Shown piece by piece: positions 49,042 through 59,299 of a stretch of 64,000 nucleotides of DNA (the first letter of the stretch is position 1; the number at the start of each line of letters is the position of its first letter). Origin of the DNA: Alphaproteobacteria bacterium (lineage in GTDB: Bacteria; Pseudomonadota; Alphaproteobacteria; SP197). Location: the NCBI GenBank assembly GCA_965228895.1, contig OZ245842.1, positions 4,672,001-4,736,000 of the forward strand. Reading direction: 5' to 3'. The notes under the pieces are model-generated. The model searched no databases. It saw nothing but the letters and a program-made list of their open reading frames with translations, and had not been told where the DNA came from. Position numbers and translations under genes: made by a program.

Positions 49042-50043
49042 ATGACCGATCTCACCACACCGACCTGCGAACTGCTCGGCATCAAACGGCCGATCGTTCA
49101 GGCGCCGGTCTCTACCACACCCGATGTCATTGCCGGCGTGTCGAATGCCGGCGGTCTTGGCGTGCTCCAGGCAACGTGGATGAACGACGACACGACGAGC
49201 GATATCGTCGCGGCCATCCAGCGCCGCACCAATCGTCCGTTTGCCGCCAACTACGTCATCTCGTTGATGGATGACGACGTGAACGCCAATCTCGACTACG
49301 TCCTGGAAGTGGGCGTGCCCGCGATCTCGACCTTCTGGGGCGATCCCGCGCCCTTGGTGCCCCGCATTCATGATGCCGGCGCGTTAGCCATGCACACGGT
49401 CGGGTCAGCGGAAGAAGCCCGGCGCGTCGTCGATGCCGGTGTGGATATCGTGGTCGCCCAGGGCGTCGAGGCGGGCGGCCATGTCTGGGGCGAGGTGTCG
49501 ACGCTGGTCCTGGTGCCCGCCGTCGTCGACGCGGTGCCCGATGCGCATGTCATCGCCGCCGGCGGCATCGCCGATGGGCGCGGTCTCGCCGCCGTTCTGG
49601 CGCTGGGCGCGGGCGCCGCATGGATCGGCACGCGCTTTGTCATGTCGAAGGAAAACAAGCTGCCTGCCGACTATCGCGAACGGATGCTCGCCGCCAAGGA
49701 GACCGACACCTTCTATTCATCGCTGTTCGATATCGGCTGGCCCGACGCACCACACCGCGTGCTCGTCAACGACACCGTCCAAGCGTGGGTCGAAGCCGGC
49801 CGGCCGCCGCCTGGCGAACGGCCCAACGAGGGCGACGTCCTCGGCCATCATCCGACCGGTGAGCCGATCCTGCGCTACAGCACTGATGATCCCTATGACG
49901 GCATGACCGGCGACCTGGCCGCGATGTGTTTGTATGCAGGCCAGGGCATCGGTCTGATCAACGAAGAGAAGGCGGTCGCCGACATCGTCGACGAGATGGT
50001 CGCCGATGCCGCCGCCATCATCTCGCGCATCGGCAACAGTTAA
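49042..50043 (+). CDS. Nitronate monooxygenase / FabK-like flavoprotein
   Basis: VSNAGGLG, QGVEAGGH, AAGGIADGRG, GTRF. Confidence 0.9.
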   Translation: MTDLTTPTCELLGIKRPIVQAPVSTTPDVIAGVSNAGGLGVLQATWMNDDTTSDIVAAIQRRTNRPFAANYVISLMDDDVNANLDYVLEVGVPAISTFWGDPAPLVPRIHDAGALAMHTVGSAEEARRVVDAGVDIVVAQGVEAGGHVWGEVSTLVLVPAVVDAVPDAHVIAAGGIADGRGLAAVLALGAGAAWIGTRFVMSKENKLPADYRERMLAAKETDTFYSSLFDIGWPDAPHRVLVNDTVQAWVEAGRPPPGERPNEGDVLGHHPTGEPILRYSTDDPYDGMTGDLAAMCLYAGQGIGLINEEKAVADIVDEMVADAAAIISRIGNS

Positions 50044-50067
50044 GACGCGACACGCGCCACCGGTACG

Positions 50068-50181
50068 CCGCATCCCGGACGACCACCGGGAGATCCGGGA
50101 TCCAGGCACACGACTGTCGCCTTGATCGGTACATCCCGTGTTCATGGGTACCGGCTCGCGCTTCGCTTGGCCGGCACGCGG
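50068..50181. repeat. REP-doublet (REPIN-like) intergenic palindromic element
   Basis: CCGCATCCCGG...CCGGGATCCA, spacer, TGGGTACCGG...GCTTCGC...CCGGCACGCGG; two inverted imperfect hairpins between convergent genes. Confidence 0.55.
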
Positions 50182-50186
50182 TGTCG

Positions 50187-50678
50187 CTATGATGCCGCGC
50201 TTACGTCCCTGGCGTCGCAGGCCTCGATGTAGCGGCGCAGGATGGCTGACGTATCGTCTTTGCCGGCCAGTTCCTGGTTGGCGAAGTCGATGGCGACGTG
50301 CTCGTGTTCTGTGAGGATCTTGAGCGCCGGAAGATCCTCCGGCGGCGCCATGGCTTCCAGCCCTTCGAAGTCGTCGATGTAGCCGGGGTAACGCGTCGCC
50401 ATGTAGGTGACCATCTCGTGCCAGCTCAAGTCCTGGTGCCGGGCGACGTGGCTCTTGCCCTCTTCGATCAGCACCGCGTCGTCGCGCTGCTGAAGGCCGT
50501 GTTTGGCGAGCAGCGGCCGGACACTGTTGGCGGCGCATCGTTCCACCTCGCCCAACAGATGCAGCTTGTCGCTGGCACCAGGCTCGCTGAAGTGTTCGGC
50601 GAGACCGTGGAAGTAAGCTTCGCCGGCGACCTCCTCCTCGAAGTACTGCAGCAACGTCTTCAGGTACGTGTCACTCAA
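50187..50678 (-). CDS. Ferritin-like hypothetical protein
   Basis: EEE..GEAYF, EVE and EHE motifs; TTG start overlapping the sulfatase stop. Confidence 0.65.
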   Translation of the reverse strand: MSDTYLKTLLQYFEEEVAGEAYFHGLAEHFSEPGASDKLHLLGEVERCAANSVRPLLAKHGLQQRDDAVLIEEGKSHVARHQDLSWHEMVTYMATRYPGYIDDFEGLEAMAPPEDLPALKILTEHEHVAIDFANQELAGKDDTSAILRRYIEACDARDVSAAS

Positions 50679-52197
50679 TGTCCGTCGTCTCCCGTTCGTC
50701 GACATCGCCTATGCTGAGACCCCTGAGCGAAGCGCCGCCCCTGTAATAGGCCACCGAGGCGTCGCGCATCGGCTGGAAGTCCCAACTTTGTGCCCTACCC
50801 TCGGCCATGGCGGCGCCGACCGCAAGCCGGCGTTGCTGGCTCGCCATGATGGCGGCGGTCAGGTGTTCAAAGTCCCATCGCCGCGCCACTTCGTCCGCGA
50901 AAGCCTGTTCGACCGCGGCCAGCGCCGTCTCGCCGGCGCGGTTGGTTATCTCGTCAGGATCGGTTTTCAGGTCGAACAGCATGGTCGGATAGGCGCTCGA
51001 CGCGATGTACTTCCAGCGGCCCCAGCGCAGCATGACCACCGGCCCGGCGGTGCCTTCCGACAACAGTTCGCCGATCACCGAATCCGGCCAGTCGTCCGAG
51101 GTGTCGTCCATCAAGGGCAACAGGCTCGAACCATCCAGCACATCCGGCAGATAGGCGAGCTCGGTTTCGGCGATCGCGGCGAAGGTCGGCAGCAGGTCGA
51201 CAAGCGAGACGTGAGACCCGCAGCGCGACGGTTTCTTGCCGGGTACGCGCACGATCAACGGCACGCGGACTGCCGGTTCGTAGAAGTTCTTTTTGTACCA
51301 GAGGCCCCGCTCGCCCAGCATTTCGCCGTGATCGGCCGTCACCACGACCACGGTGTCGTCGGCCATGCCGGCCTGCTCCAGCGTATAGAGCATGAGGCCG
51401 ACGTAATCGTCGATCATGGTGATGTTGGCGTAGTAGGCGCGGCGCGTCCGAATGATGTCGGCCTCACTCGGCGTATAGAGGTCCATGCCGTGGTGATAAG
51501 AGAGATCGCGGGCATGGGGATCGCGCTCCTCGATCGGCATGAACGGCACCTTCGGCAAATCGATGGCCGCGTCTTTGTACTGGTTCCAGTAGTACGGCAG
51601 CGCGACGAAGGGATCGTGCGGATGGGTGAACGAGACGACCAGCGCCATCGGCCGATCGTCCGCCGAGCGGGCGTGATCGAAGATGAAGCGCTTGGCCTCG
51701 TGGGCGACCTCCTCGTCATAGTCCAACTGGACCGAGCGCCGGCAGGTGCCCGATTGGCGCACCGGCGTCAGGTCCATGAACCGTTCCTTGACCCCGTTGC
51801 GCCAGTCGGGCGTCCACAGGAAATCGGCGGGATAGATGTCGGTGGTCAGCCGCTCCTCGAACCCGTGCAACTGGTCGGGACCGACAAAGTGCATCTTGCC
51901 GGCCAGCGCCGTGCGGTAGCCGGCGTGCCGCAAGACATGGGCGAAGGTCGGGATATCGGCCGGAAACTCCGAGGCATTGTCGAACGCGCCGATACGCGAC
52001 GCCAACTGGCCGGACATCATGGAAAACCTGGAGGGCGCGCAGAGTGGGAAGTTGCAGTAGGCGCTGTCGAAGACCGTGCCGGTTTCCGCCAGCCCTTGCA
52101 TGTGCGGCGCGCGCACGATGTCATGGCCATAGAACGGCAGACAACGGGCCGCCATCTGGTCGGCCTGGATCATCAGGATGTGGGGTGTCTTTGCCAA
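50671..52197 (-). CDS. betC: Choline sulfatase
   Basis: ADQM, CAPSR formylglycine motif, GKMHFVGPDQLHGFEERLTTDIYPADF, DHGEMLGERGLWYK; TTG start after GGAG. Confidence 0.92.
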   Translation of the reverse strand: MAKTPHILMIQADQMAARCLPFYGHDIVRAPHMQGLAETGTVFDSAYCNFPLCAPSRFSMMSGQLASRIGAFDNASEFPADIPTFAHVLRHAGYRTALAGKMHFVGPDQLHGFEERLTTDIYPADFLWTPDWRNGVKERFMDLTPVRQSGTCRRSVQLDYDEEVAHEAKRFIFDHARSADDRPMALVVSFTHPHDPFVALPYYWNQYKDAAIDLPKVPFMPIEERDPHARDLSYHHGMDLYTPSEADIIRTRRAYYANITMIDDYVGLMLYTLEQAGMADDTVVVVTADHGEMLGERGLWYKKNFYEPAVRVPLIVRVPGKKPSRCGSHVSLVDLLPTFAAIAETELAYLPDVLDGSSLLPLMDDTSDDWPDSVIGELLSEGTAGPVVMLRWGRWKYIASSAYPTMLFDLKTDPDEITNRAGETALAAVEQAFADEVARRWDFEHLTAAIMASQQRRLAVGAAMAEGRAQSWDFQPMRDASVAYYRGGASLRGLSIGDVDERETTDIE

Positions 52198-52342
52198 ACC
52201 GTCGCTCCCGGATGCCGGAACTTCCGGCGCCCTCAGTTGTGCGTCTCGACCATAGCCCATCTGCGTACGGCGCGGACATCTTACGATTGCCCCGCCATCA
52301 CGACAGCGCGATGATGCGCTGCGCCAACGATGGAGGTCCGCC

Positions 52343-53449
52343 ATGGCCGACCTGACCGGTTTCACCAATTCCGGCGACCGCCTTGAGCTCTCCTGGAGCG
52401 ACGGCCGCCACGATACGGTTTATGCGATCTGGCTGCGCGACAACTCGCCCAATCCGGACGCGCGCCACGCGAGCGGCCAGAAGCTTTTCGACATCACCGA
52501 CATCGACGACGACGTCATGATCGACCACGTCGCTAATGGCGGCGGCATGGTGGAGATCCGCTTCGCACCGGACGGCCACGAGGCGCGCTACGACGTCGAC
52601 TGGTTGCGTTTGAACGCCGCGCCGACGCACCGTGATCACCCGCGCCGCCTTTGGGGTGCGGAGCTGGGCGACGTCATGCCGGTTTTTCGTTATGGCGAGG
52701 TCGTCAGCAATGACACCGCCAAGCGCGCCTGGCTATCAGCCATCAGCGAACTGGGTTTTGCGCTCCTGAAAGAGACGCCGTGCGAACCTGAAATGGTGTG
52801 CCGTGTCGCCGAGCTGTTCGGCTATGTGCGCGAGACGAACTACGGGCGCTTCTTCGAGGTCAGGACCGAGCCGGACCCGATCAACCTGGCCTATACGCCC
52901 ATGGGCCTGTCCTGCCATACCGACAACCCCTATCGCGATCCGGTGCCAGGCCTGCAGTTGCTGCACTGTCTGGTCGCCGATAACGATGGCGGTGAGTCCG
53001 TCGTCGTCGACGGGTTCAAGGCGGCCGCGATTCTGCGCGACGAAGCGCCGGATGACTTTGAGCTCCTGACCCGCCACGCCGTGCCGTTCCGGTTTTCCAG
53101 CGACAGCGCCGACCTCGTCGCGCGCGCGCGGCTGATCAGCCTGGACGACAAGGGCGACGTCGCGGAGGTGCGTTTCAACAACCGGTCGATCGCCACCTTC
53201 GATCTGTCCGCCGACATCATGCCCGCCTTCTACCGCGCATACCGCCGATTCGCCGAGGTACTGCAGCGCCCCGAACTGGAAGTCGGTTTCAAGGCCGGCC
53301 CCGGTGACCTCTTCATCGTCGACAACCAGCGTGTGCTGCACGGGCGGCGGACGGTCAGCGGCTCGGGCCGCCGGCATCTGCAAGGCTGCTACGCCGACAA
53401 GGATTCGTTGGAGAGCACGCTGCGCCTGCTCGAACGGGAGACCGCATGA
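52343..53449 (+). CDS. tmpA: Fe/2-oxoglutarate dioxygenase, TmpA-like (gamma-butyrobetaine hydroxylase family)
   Basis: WLRDN N-domain, VRETNYG, HTDNPYR, DN.RVLHGR, RHLQGCYAD; next to a TmpB-like HD gene. Confidence 0.8.
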   Translation: MADLTGFTNSGDRLELSWSDGRHDTVYAIWLRDNSPNPDARHASGQKLFDITDIDDDVMIDHVANGGGMVEIRFAPDGHEARYDVDWLRLNAAPTHRDHPRRLWGAELGDVMPVFRYGEVVSNDTAKRAWLSAISELGFALLKETPCEPEMVCRVAELFGYVRETNYGRFFEVRTEPDPINLAYTPMGLSCHTDNPYRDPVPGLQLLHCLVADNDGGESVVVDGFKAAAILRDEAPDDFELLTRHAVPFRFSSDSADLVARARLISLDDKGDVAEVRFNNRSIATFDLSADIMPAFYRAYRRFAEVLQRPELEVGFKAGPGDLFIVDNQRVLHGRRTVSGSGRRHLQGCYADKDSLESTLRLLERETA

Positions 53450-53856
53450 TCCGCGGTATCAATCACATCACGCTCTCCATTGCCGACCTCAACCGCTCGC
53501 TTACCTTTTACCGAGATGTTCTGGGATGCCGTGTCGCCGCGCGGTGGGATGACGGCTGCTACCTCGAAGCCGGCGATCTTTGGCTGGCGCTCGTGGTCGA
53601 AGACAACGTGCGATCGGCGCCGCTACCGGAATACACACATCTTGCGTTCGACGTCGCCGCCGCCGACTTTGCCGCTATGACCGATCGGGTCGGACAATCC
53701 GGCGCAGAGGTCTTCCAGGACAACAGCACCGAGGGTGAGTCGCTCTATTTCCTCGATCCCGACGGCCACAAGCTTGAGCTTCATGTCGGCAGCCTGGGCA
53801 CGCGCCTTGACGAGATGCGGCGCGAACCGTGGGACGGTCTTGAGGTTCTCGGCTAG
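53446..53856 (+). CDS. fosA: FosA-family fosfomycin thiol transferase (VOC fold)
   Basis: G.NH.TL, W..G.YL..G.LW, YTH.AF, N..EG.S.YFLDPDGHKLELH.G.L..RL; ATGA overlap with tmpA. Confidence 0.85.
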   Translation: MIRGINHITLSIADLNRSLTFYRDVLGCRVAARWDDGCYLEAGDLWLALVVEDNVRSAPLPEYTHLAFDVAAADFAAMTDRVGQSGAEVFQDNSTEGESLYFLDPDGHKLELHVGSLGTRLDEMRREPWDGLEVLG

Positions 53857-53868
53857 GAAGAAACTGCC

Positions 53869-54486
53869 ATGATCGCAAAAACGCTTCTGTCCGATCTGAC
53901 GCCCGACAACGTCGTCGACAAGCTGGACGCCCTGTTCGCCGCGATTGCCGGGACGAGCTACTTGGGCGAACCCATCACCATCGCCGAGCACATGCTGCAA
54001 TCGGCCGCCTGTGCCCAACGCGATGGCGCCGATGACGCGCTGATCGCCGCCGCGCTGCTGCACGATGTCGGCTACTACGTCGATCCCGCACCGGACAACG
54101 AGAACGAAACCGACCTTAGAAAACGCCATGATCTGGCCGCCGCACGTATCCTGGCGCCCGTATTGCCGGCCGCCGTGACCGAGCCGATCCGGCTTCACGT
54201 CGACGCCAAGCGTTATCTCTGCGCCATCGAACCCGCTTACTGCGACAAGCTTTCCGATGCGTCGAAGCACACCATGCGGCTTCAGGGCGGCGTCATGGAT
54301 GCCGATCAGGCCAAGGTCTTCGCTGGCGAAGCCTATTGCGAGGACGCGGTCCGCCTGCGCCGATGGGACGACGAAGGCAAGACGCCGGATGTTGCCGTGC
54401 CCGGTTTCGAAGCCTATCGCGCCATGCTGGAAACCCTGTCGCACGAGCATACGGGAGCTTCCAGAGCAGGCTTTGCCTCCGCCTAG
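53869..54486 (+). CDS. tmpB: HD-domain diiron oxygenase, TmpB/PhnZ-like C-P cleaving enzyme
   Basis: YLGEP.T.AEHMLQ, ALLHD, HV.AKRYL, LS.AS...QGG, R.WDD.GK. Confidence 0.8.
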   Translation: MIAKTLLSDLTPDNVVDKLDALFAAIAGTSYLGEPITIAEHMLQSAACAQRDGADDALIAAALLHDVGYYVDPAPDNENETDLRKRHDLAAARILAPVLPAAVTEPIRLHVDAKRYLCAIEPAYCDKLSDASKHTMRLQGGVMDADQAKVFAGEAYCEDAVRLRRWDDEGKTPDVAVPGFEAYRAMLETLSHEHTGASRAGFASA

Positions 54487-54572
54487 CCAACCCGCCGCAA
54501 TTGGAGTAAGAGCGGTCGATATCGACTGAGCGCGGCGATCCACTTAACCGCGACGCGCGTAAGGACATTGTT

Positions 54573-54761
54573 ATGGGCGTTATCATCATTCTTCTCGCCA
54601 TCTCGACCCTGGGCGTCCTGTTCCTGGGCCTGGGCGGCTTTATCGCCGGCGGTCAGTTCAACGAGAAGTACGGCAACCGGATCATGCAGGCCCGCGTCGT
54701 GCTGCAAGGCATCACCGTGCTGTTGATCATGCTCGCCCTGCTTGCCAGCGGTTCGAGCTGA
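54573..54761 (+). CDS. HIG1-like twin transmembrane small protein
   Basis: Two TM helices, N..MQAR...Q; conserved position before pduO-etfBA. Confidence 0.85.
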   Translation: MGVIIILLAISTLGVLFLGLGGFIAGGQFNEKYGNRIMQARVVLQGITVLLIMLALLASGSS

Positions 54762-55325
54762 GTGGTCAAACTCGACAAGATCTATACGCGCGGCGGCGAC
54801 AAGGGCGAGACATCGCTGGGCGACGGTCGCCGGGTCGCCAAGCACGACCTGAGGGTCGCCGCCTACGGCACCGCCGATGAGGCCAACAGCGTGCTGGGGC
54901 TGGCCCGCCTGCAGACGGACGGCGACGACGACGCCATGCTGGCGCGCATCCAGAACGATCTGTTCGATCTGGGCGCCGATCTCTGCACGCCCCACGACGC
55001 CAAGCGGGCGGCCGGCGCGCTTCGGATTACCGCCGATCAGGTGGCCCGTCTGGAGGCTGAAATCGATGCCATGAATGAGGCGCTGAACCCGCTGACCTCG
55101 TTCATTCTGCCCGGCGGCAAGCCGGCAGCGGCCTGGCTCCATCTGGCGCGCACCATTGTGCGGCGCAGCGAAAGGCTGATGACCGAGCTGGCCGGCAGCG
55201 AAGAGGTTAATCCGGAGGCCGTCAAGTACGTGAACCGGCTCTCCGACCATTTGTTTGTCCTGGCGCGGCGCCTTAATGACAACGGCACTGCCGATGTTTT
55301 GTGGCAACCGGGCAGCACCCAATAG
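54762..55325 (+). CDS. Cob(I)alamin adenosyltransferase, PduO type
   Basis: KIYTRGGDKGETSL, YGT.DE.NS, FILPGG, NRLSDHLF. Confidence 0.95.
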   Translation: MVKLDKIYTRGGDKGETSLGDGRRVAKHDLRVAAYGTADEANSVLGLARLQTDGDDDAMLARIQNDLFDLGADLCTPHDAKRAAGALRITADQVARLEAEIDAMNEALNPLTSFILPGGKPAAAWLHLARTIVRRSERLMTELAGSEEVNPEAVKYVNRLSDHLFVLARRLNDNGTADVLWQPGSTQ

Positions 55326-55362
55326 AAATCGTCCCAAAATCGCACACCGGCGATTCTGCGCG

Positions 55363-55406
55363 TTGACATTGGGTCCCGCGCGGTCCTAGTTTTCGCACCT
55401 GCGAAA
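55363..55406 (+). promoter_or_regulatory. Sigma70-type promoter with overlapping palindrome upstream of etfB
   Basis: TTGACA (55363-55368), TAGTTT (55387-55392), TTTCGCA-CC-TGCGAAA (55391-55406). Confidence 0.5.
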
Positions 55407-55471
55407 TGAGCGGGAATGCGCCGCCTGACCCGCCCCTCGTGTAATCCCCTGAAGTCCTGGAGACGGAAGCG

Positions 55472-56220
<749 letters not shown>

Positions 56221-56221
<1 letters not shown>

Positions 56222-57174
56222 TGGCGATCCTCGTCTATGCCGAACACGACAACGCGGAGCTGAAGCCCGCGACGTTGAATGCCGTGACCGCCGCCCAGGC
56301 GATGGGCGGCGATATCGAGCTTCTGGTTGCCGGCGACGGTTGTGATGCCGTTGCCGAAGCCGGATCCAAGGTCGCCGGTGTTTCCAAGGTGCTGGTCGCC
56401 CAGGACGCCGCCTATAAAGATCAACTGGCCGAGAACGTCGCGCCGCTGATCGCTAAGCTCGCACCCAGTTACAGCCACGTGGTGGCCGGTGCGACGACGA
56501 CCGGCAAGAACGTGATGCCGCGCGCCGCCGCTCTGCTCGATACCCAGCAGGTCTCCGACATCATCGAGGTCGAAAGCGCCGATACCTTCGTGCGTCCGAT
56601 CTATGCCGGCAACGCCATGGCGACCGTGCAGTCGTCCGACCCCGTCAAGCTGATCACCGTGCGCACGACTGCGTTCGCACCGGCTGAGGAGACTGGCGGT
56701 TCGGCTGGCGTCGAAGCCGTCGACGGCACCGGCGATGCGGGCCTCTCGAGCTTTGAAGGCGCCGCGCTTTCGTCGAGCGAACGTCCCGAACTGACGACCG
56801 CCCGAGTCGTTATCTCCGGTGGTCGTGGCATGCAGTCGGGCGACAACTTCCACATGCTGGAAGAGGTCGCTGACATCCTGGGCGCCGCCGTCGGCGCCAG
56901 CCGCGCCGCGGTTGATGCGGGTTATGTGCCCAACGACTACCAGGTCGGCCAGACCGGCAAGGTCGTCGCGCCCGAGCTTTATCTGGCGGTCGGCATCTCC
57001 GGTGCGATCCAGCATCTGGCCGGCATGAAAGACAGCAAGGTCATCGCCTGCATCAACAAGGATGAGGAAGCGCCGATCTTCCAGGTCGCCGATTTCGGCC
57101 TGGTCGCGGATCTGTTCCAGGCCCTGCCCGAGCTGCGTGACAAGTTGAGCGAGAAGGGTATTCAGGCCCGCTAG
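56221..57174 (+). CDS. etfA: Electron transfer flavoprotein alpha subunit
   Basis: [30 protein letters not shown]. Confidence 0.97.
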
Positions 57175-57309
57175 AGCAGATCCCACTTTGACGGGATCGC
57201 TTCGCGATACCGTCAAAGTGGGTGAATCTGCTCTATTCATAGAATGAGAGCGGATTCACGCAGTTAGGTGGAACCGTCGACCGGTTCCTCCAAACCACGA
57301 TCCGCTCTA
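57172..57309 (-). repeat. TA-flanked double-hairpin element, copy 4 (diverged, reverse orientation)
   Basis: 138 bp, same termini and bulge motifs, different stem sequences; overlaps the etfA TAG stop. Confidence 0.88.
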
Positions 57310-57346
57310 AGAAGGACCTGACCGAAAAGGAAGGTTAGTCAGTACC

Positions 57347-58222
57347 ATGGACATCCAATCCATCGGGGTTATCGGCGCCGGAGCCATGGGTTCCGGCATC
57401 GCCCACGTCTGTGCCCTGTCGGGCCTCGACGTCAAGCTGATCGACGCCGAGCGCGAGCGGTCGGAAAAGGGATTGGAGACGATCACCAAGAACATGGAAC
57501 GCCAGGTTCGCCGTGGCCTGATCAACCAGGACGACATGGACGCCGGCCTGAAGCGTATCCAGATCATCGACGATTTCTCGGACTTCGGCGACACCGATTG
57601 CGTGATCGAGGCGGCGGTCGAGAACGAAAAGGTGAAGAAAGAAATCTTCGCCGAGCTGGTGCCCCACCTGAAGCCTGAGGCGATCCTGTGTTCGAACACC
57701 TCGTCGATCCCGATCACCCGGCTGGGCGCGTCGACCGATCGACCGGAAAAGTTCATGGGCATGCACTTCATGAACCCGGTGCCGGTCATGAAGCTGGTCG
57801 AACTGATCCGCGGTCTGGCGACCGACCAGGAAACCTTCGACACGATTCGCGATCTGACCATCCGGCTGGAGAAACAGCCAGCCAACGCTGAGGACTTCCC
57901 GGCCTTCATCGTCAACCGTATCCTGCTGCCGATGATCAACGAGGCCGTCTATGCGCTGTACGAAGGCGTCGGCAATGTTGAATCGATCGATACCGCCATG
58001 AAGCTCGGCGCCAACCACCCGATGGGTCCGCTCGAACTCGCCGATTTCATCGGTCTCGACGTCTGCCTGTCGGTCATGCAGGTGCTCTACGAAGGTCTGG
58101 CCGATAGCAAGTACCGGCCGTGCCCGCTGCTCGCCAAGTATGTCGAGGCCGGCTGGCTGGGCCGAAAATCCGGCAAGGGCTTCTACGACTACACCGGCGA
58201 CGAACCGGTCCCGACCCGCTGA
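57347..58222 (+). CDS. hbd: 3-hydroxybutyryl-CoA dehydrogenase
   Basis: GAGAMGSG, SNTSS, GMHFMNP, HPMGPLELADFIGLD, LGRKSGKGFY. Confidence 0.94.
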   Translation: MDIQSIGVIGAGAMGSGIAHVCALSGLDVKLIDAERERSEKGLETITKNMERQVRRGLINQDDMDAGLKRIQIIDDFSDFGDTDCVIEAAVENEKVKKEIFAELVPHLKPEAILCSNTSSIPITRLGASTDRPEKFMGMHFMNPVPVMKLVELIRGLATDQETFDTIRDLTIRLEKQPANAEDFPAFIVNRILLPMINEAVYALYEGVGNVESIDTAMKLGANHPMGPLELADFIGLDVCLSVMQVLYEGLADSKYRPCPLLAKYVEAGWLGRKSGKGFYDYTGDEPVPTR

Positions 58223-58316
58223 TCCGGCTGGCGCGCGCTGATTTGATTCGCGACATCACCAGCCCGCTCCCCCGCCGATTTCGTGCCAACAGAAAATCAC
58301 CTAGTATCGCCGCATC

Positions 58317-59285
58317 ATGAAAGCCGGCGACCCCCTCCTCTATCTTTCCAGCGCGACACTCGCGTCTCTCGACGTCAGCACGGACGACGTGGTGGCCGCG
58401 ATCGAGGGACTGTTGAAGGGCCGCTTGGCCGACAAGGTCTGGAATGCGCCCAAGAGCGCCCTGGAGCCGGGCCGCCGCCGTTACTTCATGAACACCCTCT
58501 CGGTTTCCGATGATCCGCCCTATGGCGCGGTCAAGGCTCTGGGGCTCAGCCCCGACAACCCGTCGCGCGGCATGGAGTCGATCGGTTCACTGGTCGTGCT
58601 GCTCGACAGCGAGACCGGCTGGCCGATCGCCGTGATGGACGGCAACTGGGTGACCGCGATCCGCACGGCCGGCCTAAGCGCCGTCGCAGCGAAGTACATG
58701 GCGCGACCGGACTCAGCGATCATCGCCTTTATCGGCTGCGGCGTGCAGGCGCGCAGCCATCTCGACGCTTTCGCCCAGATGTTTCCGCTGAAAGAAGTCC
58801 GTGCCTTCGGTCGTGGTGCCACGAACCGCGATCGTCTGTGCGGGATTGCCAAGGACAAGGGCCTTGATGCGGTCGCCAGCGACACGGCGCAGGCGGCCAT
58901 CGAGGGCGCCGATCTCATCGTCACCTCGGTGCCGGTCGTGCTCGACGTCGACCCGTTTCTTGACGCCACCTGGCTGAAGCCGGGCGCCTTCGCCGCCATA
59001 ACCGATCTGGCCCGCCCCTGGATCGACGACAGCCTGAGCGCGCTCGACCGCGTCGTCGTCGACGATTTGGAGCAGGAGAGAACGTTGCCCAAACCCCTGG
59101 TCGATCCGGCGCTGGTTGCCGGCGATATCACGGGGCTTGCCACCGGCGAGGTGGCGGGCCGCGAAAACGACGACCAGACGACCGCGTTTATCTTCCGGGG
59201 TCTTTCGCTGGGCGATTTGGCGCTTGCCTATCTGGGCTACGAACGCGCCCGCGCCGTAGGGGCCGGGGTCGAACTGGAACGTTAG
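58317..59285 (+). CDS. Ornithine cyclodeaminase / mu-crystallin family, tandem copy 1
   Basis: TAIRTAG, IGCGVQA.SH, GREN...T.F.FRG....DL. Confidence 0.9.
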   Translation: MKAGDPLLYLSSATLASLDVSTDDVVAAIEGLLKGRLADKVWNAPKSALEPGRRRYFMNTLSVSDDPPYGAVKALGLSPDNPSRGMESIGSLVVLLDSETGWPIAVMDGNWVTAIRTAGLSAVAAKYMARPDSAIIAFIGCGVQARSHLDAFAQMFPLKEVRAFGRGATNRDRLCGIAKDKGLDAVASDTAQAAIEGADLIVTSVPVVLDVDPFLDATWLKPGAFAAITDLARPWIDDSLSALDRVVVDDLEQERTLPKPLVDPALVAGDITGLATGEVAGRENDDQTTAFIFRGLSLGDLALAYLGYERARAVGAGVELER

Positions 59286-59299
59286 GCCGAGTCTTCGTT

